Below are positions 34,562 through 45,027 of a DNA stretch of 64,000 bases, piece by piece; position 1 is the stretch's first letter; every line of letters starts with the position of its first letter. The DNA lies in the NCBI GenBank assembly GCA_946965045.2, contig OX337242.1, positions 2,170,001-2,234,000 of the forward strand, read 5' to 3'. The DNA is from Epithemia pelagica (Eukaryota > Protista > Bacillariophyta). The position numbers and the translations under genes are program-made. The notes under the pieces were generated by a model, which ran no database searches, was not told the origin of the DNA, and was given only the letters and a program-made list of their open reading frames with translations.

Positions 34562-35794
34562 CTATAGTAAAGACTTCAATGCATGTAACCATATATTTCT
34601 GTGGCGGCCAAACCAGGGTAGAACGTAGAGGAGATTAGGGTAGAACGTAGAGGAGATTTGGTTAAAGCCGACTGTAGAAGCACGAAAATTGTAGAGCAAG
34701 ACAATGAGAGAGACAATCACTTTTCTCTCACCAAATTCCTCGTACCGAAGACGGTCTTTCAAACGGGGAAAGGAGGCTTGAAGGCCTTGCATCCCCCACT
34801 CGGAAAGCTGTCGGACGGATGTGGCAGCCTTGTGAATCTCACTATCTCTCCGAACTCTTCCCTGTCGGTCTGTGTTTCTCTGGTATGACTTTAGGAGACT
34901 CTCTCGTGCCTCAGAGCCAAAAGCAGAATCAACCACAATTCTTGCTCCACCACAAGCTTGTTCTCGTGCGTTGATATGGTCTAGCTTCTCGTAGGTTTTC
35001 GAGTAGACGGCCATTGTGGAATCGTGCCAGGATCCGGGCGCATTGATATAGCTTGCCCGAATCCTGCCATCGGGTGAGAACACAAACAAGTTGGAAATGT
35101 AATGATCACATTTCCAACCGTTGTAGAACATGCTCTCAAGGTCCGGATTTGCCTCAATAAGCAGTTTTAGGCCATCCATTGCTCCCCACACGTTGGTCAA
35201 CACAGGGTACTTTTCGTTGATGACTCTTTTGAAAGTCGCCACTTCGTCACTTGTAGGCAACTGTACCATTGCGTCCGGATGATCTTTTAGCACAGTGACT
35301 AAGACCCTGCGTCCGAATCTTAGCCATACAGAGACGGGGGTTGCAGTCATACCGAAGATGACCTGCAATGCTGTCGTCGCCCCCCTTGTCCGTGTCCAGG
35401 CTAGAACCAACGCTAGACAAATAGTTGCATTGATCAGCCTTTTCCTGCCAGTCCTCCCCGAACGTGGGAGTCGCCTCATACGGTAGGTGTTGCTTGCAGT
35501 TTGCGGATAGGGCGTCCACTCGTTGAACACAGGAGCAAATAGTTCAAGTAGTTTTTGGAAGGACGCATGATCAAAGCCGCATAATGCAATCAAGGATGAG
35601 TCGTCTTTGCTATTAAACAAGCGGATGAATGCAGAACGTTTTGAATGCTGAAGAGCCAAACGGCCAATTCGTGCGGAGGGACGTCGTTTGAGTTGCTGCA
35701 ACATGCGATGAAGTCGTCTCTGTTTCTTCCTGTGAAGGAGAAGCATAAGAAAGGCAGTTTCCTTATGTTCGTCCATTGTTTTGCCTAATAACAA
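34562..35794 (-). CDS. Harbinger-like DDE transposase
   Basis: VWGAMDGLKL (D), FYNGWKCDHY, PGSWHDS, VVDSAF (D), RQLSEWGM (E). Confidence 0.92.
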   Translation of the reverse strand: MLLGKTMDEHKETAFLMLLLHRKKQRRLHRMLQQLKRRPSARIGRLALQHSKRSAFIRLFNSKDDSSLIALCGFDHASFQKLLELFAPVFNEWTPYPQTASNTYRMRRLPRSGRTGRKRLINATICLALVLAWTRTRGATTALQVIFGMTATPVSVWLRFGRRVLVTVLKDHPDAMVQLPTSDEVATFKRVINEKYPVLTNVWGAMDGLKLLIEANPDLESMFYNGWKCDHYISNLFVFSPDGRIRASYINAPGSWHDSTMAVYSKTYEKLDHINAREQACGGARIVVDSAFGSEARESLLKSYQRNTDRQGRVRRDSEIHKAATSVRQLSEWGMQGLQASFPRLKDRLRYEEFGERKVIVSLIVLLYNFRASTVGFNQISSTFYPNLLYVLPWFGRHRNIWLHALKSLL

Positions 35795-36380
35795 TTCTAT
35801 GATCCTAGGACTAAAGCAATCTACATGAGGACGATGGTGGATGATGGTGGATGGAGGTGGAGGATGGTGGACGATTGTTGGATGAATGTTGGATGTTGGA
35901 TGGAGTTCATTAGGGGATAGATGGCATGAAAAAGGTGAAAATGGCGCAAAGCATGAATGTAGACCTTATGCCCTTAGTGTGCTGGCGTGCGCTTTGAGTC
36001 TTACTGGTTTAGGGCTATGACTTTCAGTACCAGTACGTCTTTTAAACTTAACCCCTATTTGTCCTAAATATGATTTGAGATTTACGTCAGATTTACGAAA
36101 ATACATTCAGTAGTCAGTAGACACACATTTTCTCTCTAGCGCGCTACTTGTCCACCTTCCGTCAAATTCGTTCCTCAATGTTCTAGGATCGTTTGATAAT
36201 CGCACCTGAGATCCCGGAAATATGTACAAATAATGTAAATCTAATAGAATTGACTGTTCGTATTGGACTATTGGATGTTGAACCAGGAAGAGAGATAATT
36301 TGGCACGACCCCTGTTTGATCGAATCAAGCACCATGGACCCACTCATAAAATCCATCTGTTTCACAAAAAGGACATCAGA

Positions 36381-38087
36381 ATGATGATTCGTCTGGATTT
36401 TTCGCTAGTTCTCCTTTTCTATGGTGGAAATCAAGGTTTCTTGGTCCATGTGCAAGCTGATGGTCCGCATAACATTCGAGCCAATCAGGAGAACCTTGGT
36501 ATGAACAAAAGGAACGAGCAAAAGCCTAACAAATGGCGTCGATATCTACGACAGATTCCCGAAGACCAAAGCGAAGAACCATCCATGTCACCTGTGCCAT
36601 CGACATCATCCATTCCATCCTCGCTTCCCACGCTTTCCTCACCGCCATCAAAGTCATCCGTCCCATCCGCATCTTCAATGCCATCGAAAGGAGAAGTGCA
36701 ATGTGGCCCAAACATCTGCAACCCAGGACAAGTGTGCTGTAATGAAAGTTGTGGAATTTGCACGGAACCAGATGGTTTGTGCATTGAAAAATTTTGCAGT
36801 CCAGACAGCAAAGAGACGAAGCAGTCGAGTGGTGAGAGATGTGGCACCACTCTTTGTGAGGAAGGAAAGGTATGCTGCAATGCCAGTTGTGGCATATGCA
36901 TCGATCCAGGTTATTTCTGCACCCAACAGGCATGTGCCCCCGAAGATCAAAGCGAGGAACCATCCATGTCACCTGTGCCATCGACATCCTCCATTCCATC
37001 CTCGTTTCCCTCGCTTTCCTCACCACCATCAAAGTCATCCGTCCCATCCGCATCTTCAATGCCATCGAAACGAGAAGTGCAATGTGGCCCAAACATCTGC
37101 AACCCAGGACAAGTGTGCTGTAATGAAAGTTGTGGAATTTGCACGGAACCAGATGGTTTGTGCATTGAAAAATTTTGCAGTCCAGACAGCAAAGAGACGA
37201 AGCAGTCGAGTGGTGAGAGATGTGGCACCACTCTTTGTGAGGAAGGAAAGGTATGCTGCAATGCCAGTTGTGGCATATGCACCGATCCAGGATATTTCTG
37301 TACCCAACAGGCATGTGCCCCCGAAGATCAAAGCGAGGAACCATCCATGTCACCTGTGCCATCGACATCATCCATTCCATCCTCGTTTCCCTCGCTTTCC
37401 TCACCACCATCAAAGTCATCCGTCCCATCCGCATCTTCAATGCCATCGAAAGGAGAAGTGCAATGTGGCCCAAACATCTGCAACCCAGGACAAGTGTGCT
37501 GTAATGAAAGTTGTGGAATTTGCACGGAACCAGATGGTTTGTGCATTGAAAAATTTTGCAGTCCAGACAGCAAAGAGACGAAGCAGTCGAGTGGTGAGAG
37601 ATGTGGCACCACTCTTTGTGAGGAAGGAAAGGTATGCTGCAATGCCAGTTGTGGCATATGCACCGATCCAGGATATTTCTGTACCCAACAGGCATGTGCC
37701 CCCGAAGATCAAAGCGAGGAACCATCCATGTCACCTGTGCCATCGACATCATCCATTCCATCCTCGTTTCCCTCGCTTTCCTCACCACCATCAAAGTCAT
37801 CCGTCCCATCCGCATCTTCAATGCCATCGAAAGGAGAAGTGCAATGTGGCCCAAACATCTGCAACCCAGGACAAGTGTGCTGTAATGAAAGTTGTGGAAT
37901 TTGCACGGAACCAGATGGTTTGTGCATTGAAAAATTTTGCAGTCCAGACAGCAAAGAGACGAAGCAGTCGAGTGGTGAGAGATGTGGCACCACTCTTTGT
38001 GAGGAAGGAAAGGTATGCTGCAATGCCAGTTGTGGCATATGCACCGATCCAGGATATTTCTGTACCCAAACGGCATGCATTCCTTGA
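36381..38087 (+). CDS. Putatively secreted protein with 4 x 127-aa repeats (Ser/Pro linker plus two 6-Cys modules each)
   Basis: Signal-like MMIRLDFSLVLLF...VQA; units start at 36558, 36939, 37320, 37701 (381-bp period); modules CGPNICNPGQVCCNESCGICTEPDGLCIEKFC and CGTTLCEEGKVCCNASCGICTDPGYFCTQQAC. Confidence 0.85.
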   Translation: MMIRLDFSLVLLFYGGNQGFLVHVQADGPHNIRANQENLGMNKRNEQKPNKWRRYLRQIPEDQSEEPSMSPVPSTSSIPSSLPTLSSPPSKSSVPSASSMPSKGEVQCGPNICNPGQVCCNESCGICTEPDGLCIEKFCSPDSKETKQSSGERCGTTLCEEGKVCCNASCGICIDPGYFCTQQACAPEDQSEEPSMSPVPSTSSIPSSFPSLSSPPSKSSVPSASSMPSKREVQCGPNICNPGQVCCNESCGICTEPDGLCIEKFCSPDSKETKQSSGERCGTTLCEEGKVCCNASCGICTDPGYFCTQQACAPEDQSEEPSMSPVPSTSSIPSSFPSLSSPPSKSSVPSASSMPSKGEVQCGPNICNPGQVCCNESCGICTEPDGLCIEKFCSPDSKETKQSSGERCGTTLCEEGKVCCNASCGICTDPGYFCTQQACAPEDQSEEPSMSPVPSTSSIPSSFPSLSSPPSKSSVPSASSMPSKGEVQCGPNICNPGQVCCNESCGICTEPDGLCIEKFCSPDSKETKQSSGERCGTTLCEEGKVCCNASCGICTDPGYFCTQTACIP

Positions 38088-39533
38088 TATATTTCTTGTG
38101 TCTCCAAGGTTTGTATGAAGAAGTCTGCTGTAGCACAAGCGGTGGGATTTGCGCGGAACCGGGAGACAAGTGTATTCTCAAGAGGTTCGATCTCTAAGCG
38201 TTCAAGTGAAAGAAAGCGTTATTTTGCCCTGCTTCTATAAAATAATTGTCCTTGTTTCGTGTCCAGATGTTGTCGCTGGTGAACTCAGAGTTATCATAGG
38301 AAGCGAGCGACAACTTGTTTCAACTTCGACAGTTGGTAGTGCGAATGAAGGAGACGCGCGTAACTAAGCTGTGCTCCTACAGCACCGTTGGTCGCCGCAC
38401 CTCGACAAATATCCACCACGTCGATGTGGACATTGTCGATCGCCATGGCCATTATATTGCGCCAGAGATCCTTTGCCACCTCCCATATCCAGTATCTCAA
38501 GTCCGCGTTGACCATATTCGAGGTGCGACTCTAGTACACTCCATCTGCCCCATTTATTCAAACGGCGGCCGCTTCTTACTTGGCCATTTGGAACCTGGCA
38601 ACTGATACCTTCATATCAACAGGAGAGGATATCATCTTCTTCCGGGGAAGTTGTTGTGTTTGATGGGTCGCCCAATTAGTTCGTGCCATTGAACTCAATT
38701 TCCATCTCTCACATAAGTAAGTTCTCTTCAATATCTGTTATTCTTTAATTATGGTCACCGCTGGAAATTATCATCGAACCAAGACGTAGCAAAAGGTAAC
38801 GGGTAGACTAGAGGTAGATGTAAAAGTAGAGGGTCTATTGCAGAAGCTTGAACTACATCTCGTTACGGGATTCGGGATGCCATTCGAGTTGTCTCATTCG
38901 TTTCGCAAGAAGAAGTCACCACATTGATTTGCATAGTGGCGTTTGTCCTGAAGAAGAGTGTTGTGGTAAGTAGCAAAAAGATGTGGAATTACGAACAACC
39001 GAAGAAACCAGCCAGCCCATTGATGATTTTGGTCAGTCCTAGGTAGCGACTAGCGACGCCCCTCGGGATGTCAAACTAGTGAAGGTTTCCGTCGGCGGCC
39101 AAGGCAGTGTGGAAAACAGGCTCACCTCCCATCGGGTGTTGGTTTTGAACACGGGCGCACACTACACTGTTTCGGCGGATGGAAAGGATCCAGTGGTGGC
39201 ACTCGTAATCGATATAAACGCTTTGATATGGCCGACCAGCCACCCATCACACATATGATGAAGAATGCACGCTATTGAATCATCCTCTCTAGATCGAACA
39301 GAGAATTTGTGATATTATCCAAACTATCTCGTCCGATTGCCTGAGTACTCCTAGCTAGCGTAGTAGGGAGAATAGTGCGAAATGGACACGACGTAGACGT
39401 TAGACGTTACTCCAGTTACGCGTTGGCGTTGGGCGGTGTACTTCCGAGTTCGAATTTACGATCCGGAATCCGGAAGCCAATGCCACCAAGAGTCGCGAGA
39501 TTCACAAATCCAAAAGCAGGGCGAAGAAAAGAA

Positions 39534-40598
39534 ATGTTTTCGTGGTGCAAGTTGACACTCAATCTATTGCTTCTTTGCTGCGCGTTTCTTCGGACCCTAT
39601 ATGCGTTGGATGAGCAGGTGATGGAGGACCATAGATTTTTGAAGGGGCGAAGCCGAGGATCCTACAGTAGCCGATCGTCATCCTATTCATCTCGTTCGTA
39701 TTCTTCTTCCTCATCGTCGGGTTCAGACTCTGATGATATTATTGTGGTTTTTGTTATTCTGATTATCGCCTTGGCGGTGCTCTGTTTTGTGATATATGCT
39801 TGTCAGAAACAATCGTCAACCGAAGCTTTTTACAAGGCTCTTACGAATGCCAAGGATATTGTCAAAAAGAGTTCGACGCAGTATAGCGCTATTCTCACGC
39901 AAGATAGTTCAGTTGGCACGGAAGCAAGAGACAAGAGCACATCTCCAACGAGTGGCAAGTATCACTGCAGATACTTTGAAGATGGAAAATACTTGAATGC
40001 CGAGACAACTTTCAAATTTACGCCTTCCGAAGATGGAAATGGCTGGAACATTACAGGTTATGGACGCGATGACGATGGCGGCTTCACTATCACTGAAGGG
40101 TTTGTCTCTTCTTCCTCCGGGGAGGCCACCCAGGAAGCCGGACTTCCATTGTCAGGGAAGACCATGAATGCGTACTGGGTGGAGAAGGCATTGGACGCTC
40201 CGTCGTTTTTAGTTTTGAACACGGGCACGTTTCAATTTGAAGACAACACATTTACGGGAGGCTGGAAAGCCTGCAATGGCAAGCAAAGTCGCTACCTTGG
40301 GTTTCATTTGGTGGACCCTGAACGGCCACCTGCTCGCGAAAGCGCTCGTGACGAAAACAGCAAGTCAACAGATGCACCAGGCCTGGTGGAGGCAATGCGA
40401 GTGGCAGTGAATCGCAAAAACGAAGAACAACAAGGGAACCTTGCAAAAGACAATGACATCTTTATCCCTGAACCTTTTCGAAATCAAGGTCACAACATGT
40501 CTGTCAATACTGTGGGCCCATCACAACGACAAGATCAATCTGAAACACCAATGCACACGTCTGCCAACTACCAACTTCTTGGTAATTCATCAACGTAA
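39534..40598 (+). CDS. Hypothetical single-pass membrane protein, copy B
   Basis: Same as 25913-26977 with 7 residue changes, all in the C-terminal third. Confidence 0.75.
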   Translation: MFSWCKLTLNLLLLCCAFLRTLYALDEQVMEDHRFLKGRSRGSYSSRSSSYSSRSYSSSSSSGSDSDDIIVVFVILIIALAVLCFVIYACQKQSSTEAFYKALTNAKDIVKKSSTQYSAILTQDSSVGTEARDKSTSPTSGKYHCRYFEDGKYLNAETTFKFTPSEDGNGWNITGYGRDDDGGFTITEGFVSSSSGEATQEAGLPLSGKTMNAYWVEKALDAPSFLVLNTGTFQFEDNTFTGGWKACNGKQSRYLGFHLVDPERPPARESARDENSKSTDAPGLVEAMRVAVNRKNEEQQGNLAKDNDIFIPEPFRNQGHNMSVNTVGPSQRQDQSETPMHTSANYQLLGNSST

Positions 40599-41151
40599 TG
40601 TGGTACTCATCCAGAAACACAAACAAGGATGTTTCGAATTATTCGAAGTCCCTCTTCATTCATACACCGTAGACGATTGTGCTAGAAATTGGTCTGTTCA
40701 GAAGAAACAATTGCTCGTGGATAAAACGTTGGACATACATGGTTGTCATTCCTAAAACCTCAATCTTCATTTCAACAAACTTCTTTAAGGCAACTTCACT
40801 CGTATTTAGGGGTAGGGAACATAGGGTAATAGAAGTGTGGCAGACCGTCAGAAGAAATGGCAAGGCTCCACGCTAAGCACACCCGCGTCAGTTGATGGCG
40901 TCTTGCACCATTACAGGCCAGCTCTGGGGACGTTTACCGAAATTCGGGATATGACATAGAGTACTAGCTTGGTTCTCGCCCCATGCTGTGAATAGGAGAT
41001 AGCACCAGTGGACCCATTGAGTATTCGCCGTGGGCCACAACATGCATGGGTCCCGTAGTCCCGTAGAGTTTCAAAAGCGGGCGGACCGCGCTGTGAGATC
41101 GGCGTACGCGTCACATTTGGCCCGTCCGGCAAGTGTCACAGCCCCTGGCCA

Positions 41152-42975
41152 ATGCGTGCCACAGCAAAACACAACACATCCTTTGGATTCCATTCACAAC
41201 AAAGTCACAACAAAGAGACACACCATTACTTCCAAACGCCGTTTCTTCCAATGTTGTCATTTCAATACAAAGGAAATACGTCGCAAGGAGCATGGAACAA
41301 CCGAAGGGGTGTTGCCACAGGTGGCGGGACTAGAGATCAAGCCCCTTTCATCTCTTCCAAGACCAGTCGAATGCGAACTTGGGAAGATGCCATGAGCAAT
41401 CAAAAGCACAGCATCTTTTCCCAAATCGAAGAAGAATTTGTCCACTCCCAATCCTCGACCAATCGAACGCAAGTGATGGAAGATACATTGGGTAATCACA
41501 GAAACGACCAGCAGTATTCCCAAAGACAAGGGCGCCGCCAGAAACAGCAAAGCGACCAAGATTCCATGTTGCTAAAGCGTTCAATGCCCTTCTCGGAGCA
41601 TCAACCACAAAAGAAACAAGCCATATCCCGAGATAGTACCAGCACAATGGTTTATCCACCCGTCTCACCACAACCCTGGAAATCCAACGCGAACCAGGGA
41701 ATGTCACAACCCATGGCCCTACCTACCCAGTACCGGCTTCACCGTGCTGCGCCAAGCAGTCACATAATGAAGCAGCAGCAACCGCATACAGTCGGGGAAG
41801 GACAACATACAGTCGGGGAAGGAGAAGCGGTGATCGATTGTCAAGTCGTTGATCTTCCTTGTTGCATCGCATCCAAATTGTCACAGGTTCGACCTCAGGA
41901 CTACTTCTACCCGCGCTGTACAGGAACAGAAGATGGCTTTGAGCTCATCATGCATATTCAAAGCAGGCAGGGATTACAGGAATTCTTGAATCAAGTGGCA
42001 AGAGAGGACGCATCCACCACCACACCCTCAGGCAAGGACGATTCATCCAGCCGATTGATTCATCAAATGAAAGCCGCCTTGGACCGTACAGGTCCCAGCA
42101 TCGAAGCGTCTATAGAAACATTGAAAACAGCGCTAAAAACAGCCACGGAAGCAAAGTCCATGTGGGAGTCGGCTCATAGGGTTGTCTCTGTGTTCTTGCC
42201 TCCTCACCGCCAAAAGACTACCAATCCTCCTTCCGAGCAGTGCTGCTACAACAAGCACCCTGCAACACTCCGGTCAAAAGAAATACAAGGCTTAGGGTAC
42301 GAATCCACGTTTGCTCGGCCAAATCATTTGTCTGAGGAAGAGGATGCTAAAGAGCAAGAATTCACCAAGCCACCCAACCATCTCACAAATGGCGATACTG
42401 CGCATGAGGCTTCAAGACACAAACACCAGAAAATGACTTCTCTAGCAAGTCACAGAGAAATGAAGCGGTCGTCAAGTCGACATCGGCTCAACGAGAAGAA
42501 CAACAAGGATACTTCTACCCTGGTCAAGACAGAAGTGACAAAGCACAGTAGCAAGAAAAATTCTGAGGGAGTGTCGGCTATACGAGACCTGGTAAAAGGT
42601 TGCAACTTTGCAAGAGATACTCCTCAAACCCTTCAGAACAAGCTCCAGTTGCGATCAGTCCAAGAAGTTCTGTTCATACAAGATAAAGAAACGTTGCTGT
42701 GTGTTTTGCGTGTCATGCAAAAAGAAAAATACATTGAACAACCAGCCCTTGCATCTCATCTGCAAGATCTGCTCGACGAGGAGAGCTTCTTCGCGGAAAA
42801 CAAGTTCTTCACCAACAAAATCCTGTGCTGGAAACATTACAACTTGGAAACCCTTCAATGGTTGGTAGTGCTGTATTTGTGCCTGGACCATGGGACCGCG
42901 GTGCCAAAATCCAAAACGGGTCGCACCCTGCGCTTCAAACCATCTGGAATTGTAGCCACACGTCCATGGGTATAA
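41152..42975 (+). CDS. Hypothetical protein, copy B
   Basis: 607-codon frame nearly identical to copy A from MLSFQYKG onward. Confidence 0.65.
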   Translation: MRATAKHNTSFGFHSQQSHNKETHHYFQTPFLPMLSFQYKGNTSQGAWNNRRGVATGGGTRDQAPFISSKTSRMRTWEDAMSNQKHSIFSQIEEEFVHSQSSTNRTQVMEDTLGNHRNDQQYSQRQGRRQKQQSDQDSMLLKRSMPFSEHQPQKKQAISRDSTSTMVYPPVSPQPWKSNANQGMSQPMALPTQYRLHRAAPSSHIMKQQQPHTVGEGQHTVGEGEAVIDCQVVDLPCCIASKLSQVRPQDYFYPRCTGTEDGFELIMHIQSRQGLQEFLNQVAREDASTTTPSGKDDSSSRLIHQMKAALDRTGPSIEASIETLKTALKTATEAKSMWESAHRVVSVFLPPHRQKTTNPPSEQCCYNKHPATLRSKEIQGLGYESTFARPNHLSEEEDAKEQEFTKPPNHLTNGDTAHEASRHKHQKMTSLASHREMKRSSSRHRLNEKNNKDTSTLVKTEVTKHSSKKNSEGVSAIRDLVKGCNFARDTPQTLQNKLQLRSVQEVLFIQDKETLLCVLRVMQKEKYIEQPALASHLQDLLDEESFFAENKFFTNKILCWKHYNLETLQWLVVLYLCLDHGTAVPKSKTGRTLRFKPSGIVATRPWV

Positions 42976-44039
42976 TCATACACCACACCGCGATACTTGC
43001 GGATTGTCGGTAAGAAAAGGAAGAAATTTCGCCAAGTGGGAAAAGCACAAGAAAATGAGCGTATGCAATGACTATAGCCCACGAACCAGCATGTATCACT
43101 CTTCCGACCATACCACGACACTCGGGTGGAAACTACGAGAACTCGATAGAGTGTATCCCAGGCGAATGTCCACAAGGACTGCCATGTGTAGATTGCCCAA
43201 TAACACTTCATTTTCTGTACTCGACCGTGAAAAGCAGTCTTTCTGTGCAATCAGAAGGTTCATTATTCCTTCTAGTTCTTATACGCAGTAAATTTTACTT
43301 TGCCATTCTGCGAACTGGAGGACAAGAGAGATTCCTTTCCATACCTCATTGGTAGGCATACAATTCTTTTCCAAGAGACTGAAAGCCAAGCGATATCTGG
43401 AAGTACTCTTGTGCCATCCAATCCAAATGCTTTCGCTGTCCGACGTTTGATCTGAGTTACCTTTTCACTTTTCGACCCTGCTTTGGATCAATCAGGAACC
43501 AAAGGAGGTGTTGTTCCCAGTTGCTCCGAAACAAGTGGTGTTCTCCTTGTCCACTGACTGTGCTTGAGGTTTGTTCGCGCAACACGGACAGAGCCTCGTC
43601 TTCCAGATCATGCGCAGGTGTTGCAGCTTTCATGGAAAAAGTTTCACCCGAAACGAGAGACAAGCTTCATCTCATACGATGTTGATATAATATACCATTG
43701 CTCTTGTGATTCCTTAGAACGCGAAACAGAAAAAGTTGCTGTGTGTCGGTGTCGGTTTCATTACACCCCAGAAGGGTGTATAAGAGGTGGTGATTTGGTT
43801 GAAAAAGTTGAGAGCTTCACCCTCATGTTCGGTGCCGCTGGGAGGTAATATGAGCTGCATTCACGAACGTATACTCCTCAGCTATCATCCCCAGAAAACA
43901 ATGAGAGAGCAAAAAGAAATATTTCGATGTTTCCACTAGGGCGTTTCGGTTGGGAGCGATTCGATTTTTTCACGCGAAACACCACAATCACACGAACCGA
44001 TTGAGAATTGGGACGGAGCGCAACAGAGAGACTTTGACC

Positions 44040-44647
44040 ATGACATATATATCCGCCGACGGTACCGTCGGAGGGAAGAAAAGTCTATGGAACACTATAG
44101 TAGACTTTTTCGCAGGTACGAAGAGTTGTGAGAACGGCAGCAACTCCTTGCCATATGTAGTGTTCTTTCAAACGGAAACTACGGTGGAGCAGGAGTTCCC
44201 TCCATGCGACGAAGAGTCTTGTTGCTCAACCACAATGGGGCACTTCTATGTCCAACCATTTTCTTGTTTTGTGGATGAAATTTTCAGGAATATTCACCGT
44301 TATATCACTCTTCTTCACAACCATTTCGAATCCAAAAGCTATTGAAAGTAATCGACGTTCTTCCTCGGTAAGCAATGCGGAACCTGGAACTCGCTGCTAT
44401 TGATTTAGAACATGGTCCGTTCTTCTCACAATCGCGTGTTATGATCGGTTCGTTTCTCTGTCTTTCCCTCTTGTATTGTGAACACTTGCAGTCACGAACC
44501 TATGGAGAACGCAATCAAGGACGATCCTACCGTGCCTCGGGTTCCGGCCATACATTGGGCGGTGGCAAGAAAAAGGGAGTTAACATTCGAGGCCTCGATC
44601 GATTGGGAGATGCCAATTGTTCAGTAGGGGGAGGATGAGGACGGTAA
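44040..44647 (+). CDS. SELENOK: Selenoprotein K (exons 44040-44115, 44288-44367, 44492-44647; 103 aa; Sec at TGA 44636-44638)
   Basis: Spliced product MTYISADGTVGGKKSLWNTIVDFFAGIFTVISLFFTTISNPK...GDANCSVGGG-U-GR-TAA: N-terminal TM helix, Gly/Arg-rich tail and GGUGR ending typical of SelK; both introns GT..AG with matching phases. Confidence 0.9.
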
Positions 44648-44648
44648 T

Positions 44649-44747
44649 GGAGTCACCGTGTAAAGGAGTGTGTATATGTGTGTTTGGTGGTGAAGGCATT
44701 CGAACGAGTGCATCTACAGACACTCACTCCACACTCCAGGTGACTCC
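44649..44747 (+). promoter_or_regulatory. Long stem-loop directly after the SelK stop codon
   Basis: Nested pairings GGAGTCACC/GGTGACTCC, GGAGTGTG/CACACTCC, GTGTTTG/CAGACAC, GCATTC/GAGTGC. Confidence 0.7.
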
Positions 44748-44792
44748 GTGACATGGAAACAATGGGTCAACAAGTGGGGATACCCAGCCATG

Positions 44793-44867
44793 GGTTCCGG
44801 AATGACGTTCGTGGACAAATGGTTTCTCTCGGAACGGAGAGAAGCCATTGAAACGAGCTGAAGAAAC
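44793..44867 (+). promoter_or_regulatory. Candidate SECIS element
   Basis: ATGAC (44802) ... TGAA (44859) core; GTTCGT/ACGAGC helix; AAA; long apical stem TGGTTTCTCTC/GAGAGAAGCCA. Confidence 0.7.
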
Positions 44868-45027
44868 AAATATATTACACTTGATTGCCCCGTTTCCGTG
44901 TTCCTTTTCCTTTTTATTAATTTCTATTCATTTAAACATCCATCTATATGATTGCAAGAGTCAGTCTGTCATCTTGTCTTGTAGCAATCGTATGTACCTA
45001 TAGTAGTTGTGACATGCAACGATGTTG

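Larger units (their letters stand above)
32867..36126. mobile_element. PIF/Harbinger-like (PHIS) DNA transposon, 3260 bp, two convergent ORFs
   Basis: TIRs GGGTGTCTACTGA / TCAGTAGACACAC (12 of 13 match); 3-bp TSD ATT at 32864-32866 and 36127-36129; Myb-like ORF plus DDE_Tnp_4-type transposase. Confidence 0.9.
38192..44504 (+). repeat. Segmental duplication copy B (~6.3 kb)
   Basis: Direct copy of 24563-30838 with small indels (e.g. 8-bp deletion near 38361, 11 extra bp near 43117). Confidence 0.97.

Noticed and set aside
36526-38181. 551-aa minus and 471-aa plus alternative-frame ORFs over the Cys-rich repeats
   Set aside because: A stop-free 381-bp unit keeps other frames open automatically; only the 36381 frame has a signal-like start and a coherent Cys pattern.
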